Source: Leucoraja ocellata (taxonomy: Eukaryota). Taken from it: a stretch of DNA of 64,000 nucleotides. Every line of letters begins with the position of its first letter. Position 1 is the stretch's first letter. The position numbers and the translations under genes were made by a program. The DNA lies in the NCBI GenBank assembly GCA_036785375.1, contig JAWMAR010000864.1, positions 434,001 through 498,000 on the forward strand, read 5' to 3'. The notes under the pieces were generated by a model, which was not told the DNA's origin, made no database searches, and saw only the letters and a list, made by a program, of their open reading frames with translations. Positions 15,001 through 30,000 of this stretch are shown here, piece after piece.

Positions 15001-18000
15001 TTTTCCCTTTTCCCTTCACCCCTTCCCTACCCCCATTCTCCTCCTCCACTATGCTTCCTCAACTTTCATGATTAATTTGACTTCTATGCCTAACTTCCTA
15101 TATTGAACCTTTTGTCTTCTCATCTCAGGATTTTCTGTAACCATTTGCCAATCAACTGCTCCCTCCCCATCACTTGTATCCCCGTATCACTTGCCACACT
15201 TTGTCATCCCCTTCCCACCTCTCTTGCAGCTTTCTCACCCCTACTGCAATCAGTTTGAAGTAGGGCCCGACCAAAAACTCTGCCACCCCATGTTCTCCAG
15301 ATTTGCCGACTGACCCGCTGAGATACTCCAGCACATCGTGTCTTTTTCTGTTAGAATTTATATTGACTTTGCACTGATATTTGTAGGAAATGTGTTTATG
15401 AGATTATCATCTTTACCATTTGGAATCACTGTGCATTAACAATTTGGAGACAAAGGAATGCAATTTTCATGATTTAATTGGAAATTTTTTTGTGAGTTAC
15501 CTGAATGATTTCACGTCACATTTTAAGAATGTTGCATTGACACTGCTGTTCTCAAACAGGTCTGTGAGCTGGGGACAAGAAAAATTGTGTTAGAATTAGA
15601 CATAAAAAGGAGATGAATAAGTAGTATATCAGCAGAAAACTAATTGGTAAACTCTCTCACCTCATTTGCAATCATGGTTGTTGTTTCTGAAGGGTTTGCT
15701 TGAATTTCTTCAATAGACAGATTGTCAACAATGAAAGTCACGTTGTATTTAATGGGATTTGTTACCTCGGTTGGAACTGGAAGTGTGGAAATAGAGTAAG
15801 CAATTTAGCATGTTGTGAGTACCACGATTTTCAAATAGTTTAAAAACTGTTTCCTAGTACTGGATTTCTACAGAGTTTAAGCAACAGATTGAGAAGAACA
15901 AATGTAGTGTTAGACAATTATTTCATGCATTTGATACAAACTCACCATTGACATTGTGCTGTACATTGAAATCTGAAAACAAACAGAGAAATATAAGTTG
16001 AACTTTAAATGTTCAAGTTTAGGCAACCTTTAAAAACCCACCAACCACAACAACAACTGGGCATACATCTAGTAAACTCCTCCCACTGCCCTCCATCTAC
16101 ATTCCTTTTTCTGGCTTCAAATTTGCAACTCTTCAATCCTTTTCCCTCAGACTTTATGTTTTTTCGTCTCTGGCCTTTGTCCAACCTTCTGCGTATCTAA
16201 ACTCCACCTCACCTGTGCCCACCTATTAATGACGTGCTTTGCACTGCCTCCCTTCTCTTAAAGCTTTCTTCTCACCCCACAAACAGTCAGAAGAAGGATT
16301 TTGAGCTGAAATGTCACCCATTCACGTTCTCTAGTGATGCTGCCTGACTCCCTGAGTTACTCTAGCACTTTGTTTCTTCTAAAGAAGCATGCAACTTTTT
16401 AATCGGGTATTTTTTGCCTCTCCTTGAACATTTATCAGGAAGAAAACCCTTTTTTGAGTGGGTCATACCAGTGAGGCAGTGTGTTTGTGCAAAAGCAGGC
16501 TCTGAAGAGCAAGACTGTGAATGATTTTAAGGTTTGCTTTCTCAGATCCTATAGGATATCATGCCTGGTTGTCCCTGATCTAAATATGTAAATAACAAAG
16601 AACTTGTCTATAAATCAATAGTTACCGTTGTATTGGACAAATACAATATGAAGAAAAACACCAAAGAATATTTTGATAAGTACCGTCTACATAGAGGCTG
16701 TTGCTTTGCAGTTCGTATGGCCCCAGAGAGGAAATGTCTTTGGTCATCTCGCTAAATTCATCATAAACATCTTCTCGGTTGATGGGTTCGATGGTGGACA
16801 CATTTTGAAATAAACATTCGGCTGTCACTCTGGTGCTGTTAACCATTTCCTCTCTGCGATAAAGCAAAAGACATTTGTGATAAGTGTAAAAGAATTTAGT
16901 GCAAAGTTGTTTGCAATGCCAGCAAGAGCACAGCTGAAATGTTGCCGTGGTGCATTACTGGTGTCTAAGCAATGGTCAGAGAAATCTGACTCTCAATTTG
17001 TCCATCTCCAGCCCATCTATAGCCAGAGGGAGACCATATTTAAGTTGGAGGAAAATCATATCATTATCTGATGTGTGGATTCGGAGCTTAACAACATGAA
17101 TCATTACACGTGACAACCTACAAACTAACTGTATGAACAATGAGTTGTTCAATTTTACGTGTCAAACTACAAATGCCCTTCTACCCCACAATTTCCTCCC
17201 CACTCTTCCCTGTGCTACACTTGAATATGCACCCATTTTCCCCTTTTCCCTTCACCCCTTCCCTACCCCCATTCTCCTCTTCCACTATGCCTCCTCAACT
17301 TTCATGATTAATTTGACTTCTATGCCTAACTTCCTATATTGAACCTTTTGTCTTCTCATCTCAGGATTTTCTGTAACCATTTGCCAATCAACTGCTCCCT
17401 CCCCATCACTTGTATCCCCGTATCACTTGCCACACTTTGTCATCCCCTTCCCACCTCTCTTGCAGCTTTCTCACCCCTACTGCAATCAGTCTGAAGTAGG
17501 GCCCGACCAAAAACTCTGCCAACCCATGTTCTCCAGATTTGCCGACTGACCCACTGAGATACTCCAGCACATCGTGTCTTAGTCTGTTAGAATTTATATT
17601 GACTTTGCACTGATATTTGTAGGAAATGTGTTTATGAGATTATCATCTTTACCATTTGGAATCACTGTGCATTAACTATTTGGAGACAAAGGAATGCAAT
17701 TTTCATGATTTAATTGAACATTTTTTTGTGAGTTACCTGAATGATTTCACGTCACATTTTAAGAATGTTGCATTGACACTGCTGTTCTCAAACAGGTCTG
17801 TGAGCTGGGGGCAAGAAAAATGGTGTTAGAATTAGACATAAAAAGGGGATGAATAAGTAGTATATCAGCAGAAAACTAATTGGTAAACTCTCTCACCTCA
17901 TTTGCAATCATGGTTGTTGTTTCTGAAGGGTTTGCTTGAATTTCTTCAATAGACAGATTGTCAACAATGAAAGTCACGTTGTATTTAATGGGATTTGTTA

Positions 18001-21000
18001 CCTCGGTTGGAACTGGAACTGTGGAAATAGAGTAAGCAATTTAGCATGTTGTGAGTACCACGATTTTCAAATAGTTTAAAAACTGTTTCCTAGTACTGGA
18101 TTTCTACAGAGTTTAAGCAACAGGTTGAGAAGAACAAATGTAGTGTTAGACAATTATTTCATGCATTTGATACAAACTCACCATTGACATTGTGCTGTAC
18201 ATTGAAATCTGAAAACAAACAGAGAAATATAAGTTGAACTTTAAATGTTCAAGTTTAGGCAACCTTTAAAAACCCACCAACCACAACAACAACTGGGCAT
18301 GCACCTAGTAAACTCCTCCCACTTGCCCTCCATCTACATTCCTTTTTCTGGATTCAAATTTGCAACTCTTCAATCCTTTCCCTCACACTTTATGTTTTTT
18401 CGTCTCTGGCCTTTGTCCAACCTTCTGCGTATCTAAACTCCACCTCACCTGTGTCCACCTATTAATGACGTGCTTTGTACTGCCTCCCTTCTCTTACAGC
18501 TTTCTTCTCCCCCCACCACCCCACAATCTGTCTGAAGAAGGATTTTGTGCTGAAATGCCACCCATTCACGTTCTCCAGTGATGCTGTCTGACCCGCTGAG
18601 TTACTCTAGCACTTTGTTTCTTCTAAAAAAGCATGCAACTTTTTAATGGGGTATTTTTTTCCCTCTCCTTGAATATTTATCAGGAAGAAAATCCTTTTGT
18701 GAGTGGGTCATACCAGTGAGGCAGTGTGTTTGTGCAAATGCGGGCTCGGAAGAGCAAGACTGTGAATGAATTTAAGGTTTGCTTTCTCAGATCCTATAGG
18801 ATATCATGCCTGGTTGTCCCCGATCTAAATATGTAATGACCAAAGAACTTGTCTATAAATCAATAGTTACTGTAGATTGGACAAATACAATATGATGAAA
18901 AACACCAAGGAATATTTTGATAAGTACCGTCTACATAGAGGCTGTTGCTTTGCAGTTCGTATGGCCCCAGTGAGGAAATGTCTTTGGTCATCTCGCTAAA
19001 TTCATCATAAACATCTTCTCGGTTGATGGGTTCCATGGTGGACACATTTTGAAATAAACATTCAGCTGTCACTCTGGTGCTGTTAACCATTTCCTCTCTG
19101 CGATAAAGCAAAAGACATTTGTGATAAGTGTAAAAGAATTTAGTGCAAAGTTGTTTGCAATGCCAGCAAGAGCACAGCTGAAATGTTGCCGTGGCGTATT
19201 ACTGGTGTCTAAGCAATGGTCAGAGAAATCTGACTCTCAATTTGTCCGTCTCTAGCCCATCTATAGCCAGAGGGAGACCATATTTAAGTTGGAGGAAAAT
19301 CATCTCATTATCTGATGTGTGGATTTGGAGCTTAACAACATGAATCATTACACGTGACAACCTACAAACTAACTGTATGAACAATGAGTTGTTCAATTTT
19401 ACGTGTCAACCTACAAATGCCCTTCTACCCCACAATTTCCTCCCCACTCTTCCCTGTGCTACACTTGAATATGCACCCATTTTCCCCTTTTCCCTTCACC
19501 CCTTCCCTACCCCCATTCTCCTCTTCCACTATGCCTCCTCAACTTTCATGATTAATTTGACTTCTATGCCTAACTTCCTATATTGAACCTTTTGTCTTCT
19601 CATCTCAGGATTTTCTGTAACCATTTGCCAATCAACTGCTCCCTCCCCATCACTTGTATCCCCGTATCACTTGCCACACTTTGTCATCCCCTTCCCACCT
19701 CTCTTGCAGCTTTCTCACCCCTACTGCAATCAGTCTGAAGTAGGGCCCGACCAAAAACTCTGCCAACCCATGTTCTCCAGATTTGCCGACTGACCCACTG
19801 AGATACTCCAGCACATCGTGTCTTATTCTGTTAGAATTTATATTGACTTTGCACTGATATTTGTAGGAAATGTGTTTATGAGATTATCATCTTTTCCATT
19901 TGGAATCACTGTGCATTAACAATTTGGAGACAAAGGAATGCAATTTTCATGATTTAATTGAACATTTTTTTGTGAGTTACCTGAATGATTTCACGTCACA
20001 TTTTAAGAATGTTGCATTGACACTGCTGTTCTCAAACAGGTCTGTGAGCTGGGGGCAAGAAAAATGGTGTTAGAATTAGACATAAAAAGGGGATGAATAA
20101 GTAGTATATCAGCAGAAAACTAATTGGTAAACTCTCTCACCTCATTTGCAATCATGGTTGTTGTTTCTGAAGGGTTTGCTTGAATTTCTTCAATAGACAG
20201 ATTGTCAACAATGAAAGTCACGTTGTATTTAATGGGATTTGTTACCTCGGTTGGAACTGGAACTGTGGAAATAGAGTAAGCAATTTAGCATGTTGTGAGT
20301 ACCACGATTTTCAAATAGTTTAAAAACTGTTTCCTAGTACTGGATTTCTACAGAGTTTAAGCAACAGGTTGAGAAGAACAAATGTAGTGTTAGACAATTA
20401 TTTCATGCATTTGATACAAACTCACCATTGACATTGTGCTGTACATTGAAATCTGAAAACAAACAGAGAAATATAAGTTGAACTTTAAATGTTCAAGTTT
20501 AGGCAACCTTTAAAAACCCACCAACCACAACAACAACTGGGCATGCACCTAGTAAACTCCTCCCACTTGCCCTCCATCTACATTCCTTTTTCTGGATTCA
20601 AATTTGCAACTCTTCAATCCTTTCCCTCACACTTTATGTTTTTTCGTCTCTGGCCTTTGTCCAACCTTCTGCGTATCTAAACTCCACCTCACCTGTGTCC
20701 ACCTATTAATGACGTGCTTTGTACTGCCTCCCTTCTCTTACAGCTTTCTTCTCCCCCCACCACCCCACAATCTGCCTGAAGAAGGATTTTGAGCTGAAAT
20801 GCCACCCATTCACGTTCTCCAGTGATGCTGTCTGACCCGCTGAGTTACTCTAGCACTTTGTTTCTTCTAAAAAAGCATGCAACTTTTTAATGGGGTATTT
20901 TTTTCCCTCTCCTTGAATATTTATCAGGAAGAAAATCCTTTTGTGAGTGGGTCATACCAGTGAGGCAGTGTGTTTGTGCAAATGCGGGCTCGGAAGAGCA

Positions 21001-24000
21001 AGACTGTGAATGAATTTAAGGTTTGCTTTCTCAGATCCTATAGGATATCATGCCTGGTTGTCCCCGATCTAAATATGTAATGACCAAAGAACTTGTCTAT
21101 AAATCAATAGTTACTGTAGATTGGACAAATACAATATGATGAAAAACACCAAGGAATATTTTGATAAGTACCGTCTACATAGAGGCTGTTGCTTTGCAGT
21201 TCGTATGGCCCCAGTGAGGAAATGTCTTTGGTCATCTCGCTAAATTCATCATAAACATCTTCTCGGTTGATGGGTTCCATGGTGGACACATTTTGAAATA
21301 AACATTCAGCTGTCACTCTGGTGCTGTTAACCATTTCCTCTCTGCGATAAAGCAAAAGACATTTGTGATAAGTGTAAAAGAATTTAGTGCAAAGTTGTTT
21401 GCAATGCCAGCAAGAGCACAGCTGAAATGTTGCCGTGGCGTATTACTGGTGTCTAAGCAATGGTCAGAGAAATCTGACTCTCAATTTGTCCGTCTCTAGC
21501 CCATCTATAGCCAGAGGGAGACCATATTTAAGTTGGAGGAAAATCATCTCATTATCTGATGTGTGGATTTGGAGCTTAACAATATGAATCATTATACGTG
21601 ACAACCTACAAACTAACTGTATGAATAATGAGTTGTTCAATTTTACGTGTCAACCTACAAATGCCCTTCTACCCCACAATTCCACCCCCCCCCCACTCTT
21701 CTCTGTGCTACATTTGAATATGCACCCATTTTTCCCTTTTCCCTTCACACCTTCCCTACCCCCATTCTCCTCTTCCACTATGCTTCATCAACTTTCATGA
21801 TTAATTTGACTTCTATGCCTAACTCCCTATATTGAACCTTTTGTCTTCTCATCTCAGGATTTTCTGTAACCATTTGCCAATCAACTGCTCCCACCCCATC
21901 ACTTGTATCCCCGTATCACTTGCCACACTTTGTCATCCCCTTCCCACCTCTCTTGCAGCTTTCTCACCCCTACTGCAATCAGTTTGAAGTAGGGCCCGAC
22001 CGAAAACTCTGCCAACCCATGTTCTCCAGATTTGCCGACTGACCCGCTGAGATACTCCAGCATATCGTGTCTTTTTCTGTTAGAATTTATATTGACTTTG
22101 CACTGATATTTGTAGGAAATGTGTTTATGAGATTATCATCTTTACCATTTGGAATCACTGTGCATTAACAATTTGGAGACAAAGGAATGCAATTTTCATG
22201 ATTTAATTGGAAATTTTTTTGTGAGTTACCTGAATGATTTCACGTCACATTTTAAGAATGTTGCGTTGACACTGCTGTTCTCAAACAGGTCTGTGAGCTG
22301 GGGGCAAGAAAAATTGTGTTAGAATTAGACATAAAAAGGGGATGAATAAGTAGTATATCAGCAGAAAACTAATTGGTAAACTCTCTCACCTCATTTGCAA
22401 TCATGGTTGCTGTTTCTGAAGGGTTTGCTTGAATTTCTTCAATAGACAGATTGTCAACAATGAAAGTCACGTTGTATTTAATGGGATTTGTTACCTCGGT
22501 TGGAACTGGAACTGTGGAAATAGAGTAAGCAATTTAGCATGTTGTGAGTACCACGATTTTCAAATATGTTTAAAAACTGTTTCCCAGTACTGGATTTCTA
22601 CAGAGTTTAAGCAACAGATGGAGAAGAACAAATGTAGCTTAAGACAATTATTTCATGCATTTGATACAAACTCACCATTGACATTGTGCTGTACATTGAA
22701 ATCTGAAAACAAACAGAGAAATAAAGGTTGAAATTTAAATGTTTGTGCAAAGGCAGGCTCCGAAGAGCAAGACTGTGAATGAATTTAAGGTTTGCTTTCT
22801 CAGATCCTATAGGATATCATGCCTGGTTGTCCCTGATCTAAATATGTAAATACCAAAGAACTTGTCTATAAATCAATAGTTACTGTAGATTGGACAAATA
22901 CAATATGAAGAAAAACACCAAGGAATATTTTGATAAGTACCGTCTACATAGAGGCTGTTGCTTTGCAGTTCGTATGGCCCCAGCGAGGAAATGTCTTTGG
23001 TCATCTCGCTTAATTCATCATAAACATCTTCTCGGTTGATGGGTTCCATGGTGGACACATTTTGAAATAAACACTCGGCTGTCACTCTGGTGCTGTTAAC
23101 CATTTCCTCTCTGCGATAAAGCAAAAGACATTTTTGATAAGTGTAAAAGAATTTAGTGCAAAGTTGTTTGCAATGCCAGCAAGAGCACATCTGAAATGTT
23201 GCCATGGCTCATTACTGGTGTCTAAGCAATGGTCAGAGAAATCTGACTCTCAATTTGTCAGTCTCCAGCCCATCTATAGCCAGAGGGAGACCATATTTAA
23301 GTTGGAGGAAAATCATCTCATTATCTGATGTGTGGATTTGGAGCTTAACAATATGAATCATTATACGTGACAACCTACAAACTTACTGTATGAACAATGA
23401 GTTGTTCAATTTTACCTGTCAACCTACAAATGCCCCTCTACCCCACAAACTTTTCCCCACTCTTCCCTGTGCTACACTTGAATGTGCACACATTTTCCCC
23501 TTTTCCCTTCACTCCTTCCCTATCCCATTCTCCACTTCCACTATGCCTCCTCAACTTTGATAATTAATTTGTATTTTATGCCTAACTCCCTATATTAAAC
23601 ATAGAAACATACAAAATAGGTGCATGAGTAGGCCATTCGGCCCTTCGAACCTGCACCGCCATTCAATATGATCATGGCTGATCATCCAACTCAGTATCCT
23701 GTTCCTGCCTTCTCTCCATGCCCCCTGATCCCTTTAGCCACAAGGGCGACATCTAACTCCATCTTAAATATAGCCAATGAACTGGCCTCAACTACCTTCT
23801 GCGGCAGAGAATTCCAGAGATTCACCACTCTCTGTGTGAATATTGAACCTTTTGTCTTCTCATTTTAGGATTTTCTGTAACCATTTGCCAATCAACTGCT
23901 CCCTCCCCATCACTTGTATCCCCGTATCACTTGCCACACTTTGTCATCCCCTTCCCACCTCTCTTGCAGCTTTCTCACCTCTACTGCAATCAGTCTGAAG

Positions 24001-27000
24001 TAGGGCCCGACCAAAAACTCTGCCACCCCATGTTCTCCAGATTTGCCGACTGACCCGCTGAGATACTCCAGCACATCGTGTCTTTCTCTGTTAGAATTTA
24101 TATTGACTTTGCACTGATATTTGTAGGAAATGTGTTTATGAGATTATCATCTTTACCATTTGGAATCACTGTGCATTAACAATTTGGAGACAAAGGAATG
24201 CAATTTTCATGATTTAATTAGACATTTTTTTGTGAGTTACCTGAATGATTTCACGTCACATTTTAAGAATGTTGCATTGACACTGCTGTTCTCAAACAGG
24301 TCTGTGAGCTGGGGGCAAGAAAAATGGTGTTAGAATTAGACATAAAAAGGGGGTGAATAAGTAGTATATCAGCAGAAAACTAATTGGTAAACTCTCTCAC
24401 CTCATTTGCAATCATGGTTGCTGTTTCTGAAGGGTTTGCTTGAATTTCTTCAATAGACAGATTGTCAACAATGAAAGTCACGTTGTATTTAATGGGATTT
24501 GTTACCTCGGTTGGAACTGGAAGTGTGGAAATAGAGTAAGCAATTTAGCATGTTGTGAGTACCACGATTTTCAAATAGTTTAAAAACTGTTTCCCAGTAC
24601 TGGATTTCTACAGAGTTTAAGCAACAGATGGAGAAGAACAAATGTAGCTTAAGACAATTATTTCATGCATTTGATACAAACTCACCATTGACATTGTGCT
24701 GTACATTGAAATCTGAAAACAAACAGAGAAATAAAGGTTGAAATTTAAATGTTCAAGTTTAGGCAACCTTTAAAAACCCACCAACCACAACAACAACTGG
24801 GCATGCACCTAGTAAACTCCTCCCACTTGCCCTCCATCTACATTCCTTTTTCTGGCTTCAAATTTGCAACTCTTCAATCCTTTCCCCCAGACTTTATGTT
24901 TTTTTGTCTCTGACCTTTGTCCAACCTTCTGCGTATCTAAACTCCACCTCACCTGTGCCCACCTATTAATGACGTGCTTTGTACTGCCTCCCTTCTCTTA
25001 CAGCTTTCTTCTCCCCCCACCACCCCACAATCTGTCTGAAGAAGGATTTTGAGCTGAAATGTCACCCATTCACGTTCTCCAGTGATGCTACCTGACCCGC
25101 TGAGTTACTCTAGCACTTTGTTTCTTCTAAAAAAGCATGCAACTTTTTAATCGGGTATTTTTTGCCTCTCCTTGAACATTTATCATGAGGAAAACCCTTT
25201 TTTGAGTGGGTCATACCAGTGAGGCAGTTTGTTTGTGCAAAAGCAGGCTCCGAAGAGCAAGACTGTGAATGAATTTAAAGTTTGCTTTCTCAGATCCTAT
25301 AGGATATCATGCCTGGTTGTCCCTGATCTAAATATGTAAATACCAAAGAACTTGTCTATAAATCAATAGTTACCGTAGATTGGACAAATACAATATGAAG
25401 AAAAACACCAAAGAATATTTTGATAAGTACCGTCTACATAGAGGCTGTTGCTTTGCAGTTCGTATGGCCCCAGCGAGGAAATGTCTTTGGTCATCTCGCT
25501 AAATTCATCATAAACATCTTCTCGGTTGATGGGTTCCATGGTGGACACATTTTGAAATAAACATTCAGCTGTCACTCTGGTGCTGTTAACCATTTCCTCT
25601 CTGCGATAAAGCAAAAGACATTTGTGATAAATGGTGGCAAAAACGGGAAAGCAGACTATTATCTAAATGGTGGCCAATTGGGAAAGGGGGAGATGCAGCG
25701 AGACCTGGGTGTCATGGTACACCAGTCATTGAAGGTAGGCATGCAGGTGCAGCAGGCAGTAAAGAAAGCGAATGGTATGTTAGCTTTCATTGCAAAAGGA
25801 TTTGAGTATAGGAGCAGGGAGGTTCTACTGCAGTTGTACAGGGTCTTGGTGAGACCACACCTGGAGTATTGCGTACAGTTTTGGTCTCCAAATCTGAGGA
25901 AGGACATTATTGCCATAGAGGGAGTGCAGAGACGGTTCACCAGACTGATTCCTGGGATGTCAGGACTGTCTTATGAAGAAAGACTGGATAGACTTGGTTT
26001 ATACTCTCTAGAATTTAGGAGATTGAGAGGGGATCTTATAGAAACTTACAAAATTCTTAAGGGGTTGGACAGGCTAGATGCAGGAAGATTGTTCCCGATG
26101 TTAGGGAAGTCCAGGACGAGGGGTCACAGCTTAAGGATAAGGGGGAAATCCTTTAAAACCGAGATGAGAAGAACTTTTTTCACACAGAGAGTGGTGAATC
26201 TCTGGAACTCTCTGCCACAGAGGGTAGTTGAGGCCAGTTCATTGGCTATATTTAAGAGGGAGTTAGATGTGGCCTTTGTGGCTAAGGGAATCAGGGGGTA
26301 TGGAGAGAAGGCAGGTACGGGATACTGAGTTGGATGATCAGCCATGATCATATTGAATGGCGGTGCAGGCTCGAAGGGCCGAATGGCCTACTCTTGCACC
26401 TAATTTCTATGTTTCTATGTTTCTAAGTGTAAAAGAATTTAGTGCAAAGTTGTTTGCAATGCCAGCAAGAGCACAGCTGAAATGTTGCTGTGGCTCATTA
26501 CTGGTGTCTAAGCAATGGTCAGAGAAATCTGACTCAATTTGTCCGTCTACAGCCCATCTATAGCCAGAGGGAAACCATATTTAAGTTGGAGGAAAATCAT
26601 CTCATTATCTGATGTGTGGATTTGGAGCTTAACAACATGAATCATTTTACGTGACAACTTACAAACTAACTGCATGAACAATGAGTTGTTCAATTTTACG
26701 TGTCAACCTACAAATGCCCTTCTACCCCACAATTTCCCCCCCACTCTTCCCTGTGCTACATTTGAATATGCACCCATTTTCCCCTTTTCCCTTCACCCCT
26801 TCCCTACCCCTATTCTCCTCTTCCACTATGCTTCCTCAACTTTCATGATTAATTTGACTTCTATGCCTAACTTCCTATGTTGAACCTTTTGTCTTCTCAT
26901 CTCTGGATTTTTTGTAACCATTTGCCAATCAACTGCTCCCTCCCCATCACTTGTATCCCCGTATCACTTGCCACACTTTGTCATCCCCTACCCACCTCTC

Positions 27001-30000
27001 TTGCAGCTTTCTCACCCCTACTGCAATCAGTCTGAAGTAGGGCCCGACCCAAAACTCTGCCAACCCATGTTCTCCAGATTTGCCGACTGACCCGCTGAGA
27101 TAATCCAGCACATCGTGTCTTTTTCTGTTAGAATTGATATTGACTTTGCACTGATATTTGTAGGAAATGTGTTTATGAGATTATCATCTTTACCATTTGG
27201 AATCACTGTGCATTAACAATTTGGAGACAAAGGAATGCAATTTTCATGATTTAATTGGACATTTTTTTGTGAGTTACCTGAATGATTTCACGTCACATTT
27301 TAAGAATGTTGCATTGACACTGCTGTTCTCAAACAGGTCTGTGAGCTGGGGACAAGAAAAATGGTGTTAGAATTAGACATAAAAAGGAGATGAATAAGTA
27401 GTATATCAGCAGAAAACTAATTGGTAAACTCTCTCACCTCATTTGCAATCATTTTTGCTGTTTCTGAAGGGTTTGCTTGAATTTCTTCAATAGACAGATT
27501 GTCAACAATGAAAGTCACGTTGTATATAATGGGATTTGTTACCTCGGTTGGAACTGGAAGTGTGGAAATAGAGTAAGTAATTTAGCTTGTTGTGAGTACC
27601 ACGATTTTCAAATGATTTAAAAACTGTTTCCAGGACTGGATTTCTACAGAGTTTAAGCAACAGATGGAGAAGAACAAATGTAGTGTAAGCCAATTATTTC
27701 ATGCATTTGATACAAACTCACCATTGACATTGTGCTGTACATTGAAATCTGAAAACAAACAGAGAAATATAGGTTGAAGTTTAAATGTTCAAGTTTAGGC
27801 AACCTTTAAAAACCCACCAACCACAACAACAACTGGGCATGCACCTAGTAAACTCCTCCCACTTGCCCTCCATCTACTTTCCTTTTTCTGGCTTCAAATT
27901 TGCAACTCTTCAATCCTTTCCCTCACACTTTATGTTTTTTTGTCTCTGGCCTTTGTCCAACCTTCTGCGTATCTAAACTCCACCTCACCTGTGTCCACCT
28001 ATTAATGACGTGCTTTGTACTGCCTCCCTACTCTTACAGCTTTCTTCTCACCCCACAATCAGTCGGAAGAAGGATCTTGAGCTGAAATGTCACCCATTCA
28101 CCTCTCCAGTGATGCTACCTGACCCACTGAGTTATTCTAGCACTTTGTTTCTTCTAAAGAGGCAGGCAACTTTTTAATCGGGTATTTTTTCCCTCTCCTT
28201 GAACATTTATCAGGAAGTAAATCCTTTTTTGAGTGGGTCATACCAGTGAGGCAGTTTGTTTGTGCAAAAGCAGGCTCCGAAGAGCAAGACTGTGAATGAT
28301 TTTAAGGTTTGCTTTCTCAGATCCTATAGGATATCATGCCTGGTTGTCCCTGATCTAAATATGTAAATACCAAAGAACTTGTCTATAAATCAATAGTTAC
28401 CGTAGATTGGACAAATACAATATGAAGAAAAACACCAAAGAATATTTTGATATGTACCGTCTACATAGAGGCTGTTGCTTTGCAGTTCGTATGGCCCCAG
28501 CGAGGAAATGTCTTTGGTCATCTCGCTAAATTCATCATAAACATCTTCTCGGTTGATGGGTTCCATGGTGGACACATTTTGAAATAAACATTCAGCTGTC
28601 ACTCTGGTGCTGTTAACCATTTCCTCTCTGCGATAAAGCAAAAGACATTTGTGATAAGTGTAAAAGAATTTAGTGCAAAGATGTTTGCAATGCCAGCAAG
28701 AGCACAGCTGAAATGTTGCCGTGGCTCATAACTGGTGTCTAAGCAATGGTCAGAGAAATACGACTCTCAATTTGTCCGTCTCCAGCCCATCTATAGCCAG
28801 AGGGAGACCATATTTAAGTTGGAGGAAAATCATCTCATTATCTGATGTGTGGATTTGGAGCTTAACAATATGAATCATCATACGTGACAACCTACAAACT
28901 AACTGCATGAACAATGAGTTGTTCAATTTTACGTGTCAACCTACAAATGCCCTTCTATCCCACAATTTCTCCCCACTCTTCCCTGTGCTACATTTGAATA
29001 TGCACCCATTTTCCCCTTTTCCCTTCACCCCTTCCCTACCCCCATTCTCCTCTTCCACTATGCTTCCTCAACTTTCATGATTAATTTGACTTCTATGCCT
29101 AACTTCCTATGTTGAACCTTTTGTCTTCTCATCTCAGGATTTTCTGTAACCATTTGCCAATCAACTGCTCCCTCCCCATCACTTGTATCCCCGTATCACT
29201 TGCCACACTTTGTCATCCCCTTCCCACCTCTCTTGCAGCTTGCTCACCCCTACTGCAATCAGTCTGAAGAAGGGCCCGACCCAAAACTCTGCCAACCCAT
29301 GTTCTCCAGATTTGCCGACTGACCCGCTGAGATAATCCAGCACATCGTGTCTTTCTCTGTTAGAATTTATATTGACTTTGCACTGATATTTGTAGGAAAT
29401 GTGTTTATGAGATTATCATCTTTACCATTTGGAATCACTGGCATTAACAATTTGGAGACAAAGGAATGCAATTTTCATGATTTAATTGGAATTTTTTTTG
29501 TGAGTTACCTGAATGATTTCACGTCACATTTTAAGAATGTTGCATTGACACTGCTGTTCTCAAACAGGTCTGCGAGCTGGGGGCAAGAAAAATTGTGTTA
29601 GAATTAGACATAAAAAGGGGATGAATAAGTAGTATATCAACAGAAAACTAATTGGTAAACTCTCTCACCTCATTTGCAATCATAGTTGCTGTTTCTGAAG
29701 GGTTTGCTTGAATTTCTTCAATAGACAGATTGTCAACAATGAAAGTCACGTTGTATTTAATGGGATTTGTTACCTCGGTTGGAACTGGAACTGTGGAAAT
29801 AGAGTAAGCAATTTAGCATGTTGTGAGTACCATGATTTTCAAATAGTTTAAAAACTGTTTCCCAGTACTGGATTTCTACAGAGTTTAAGCAACAGATGGA
29901 GAAGAACAAATGTAGCTTAAGACAATTATTTCATGCATTTGATACAAACTCACCATTGAGATTGTGCTGTACATTGAAATCTGAAAACAAACAGAGAAAT

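Noticed and set aside
25624-26328. The 234-aa ORF as a host gene
   Set aside because: It is a 5'-truncated CR1 ORF2 end with a TSD and repeat tail; the apparent start comes from flanking sequence.
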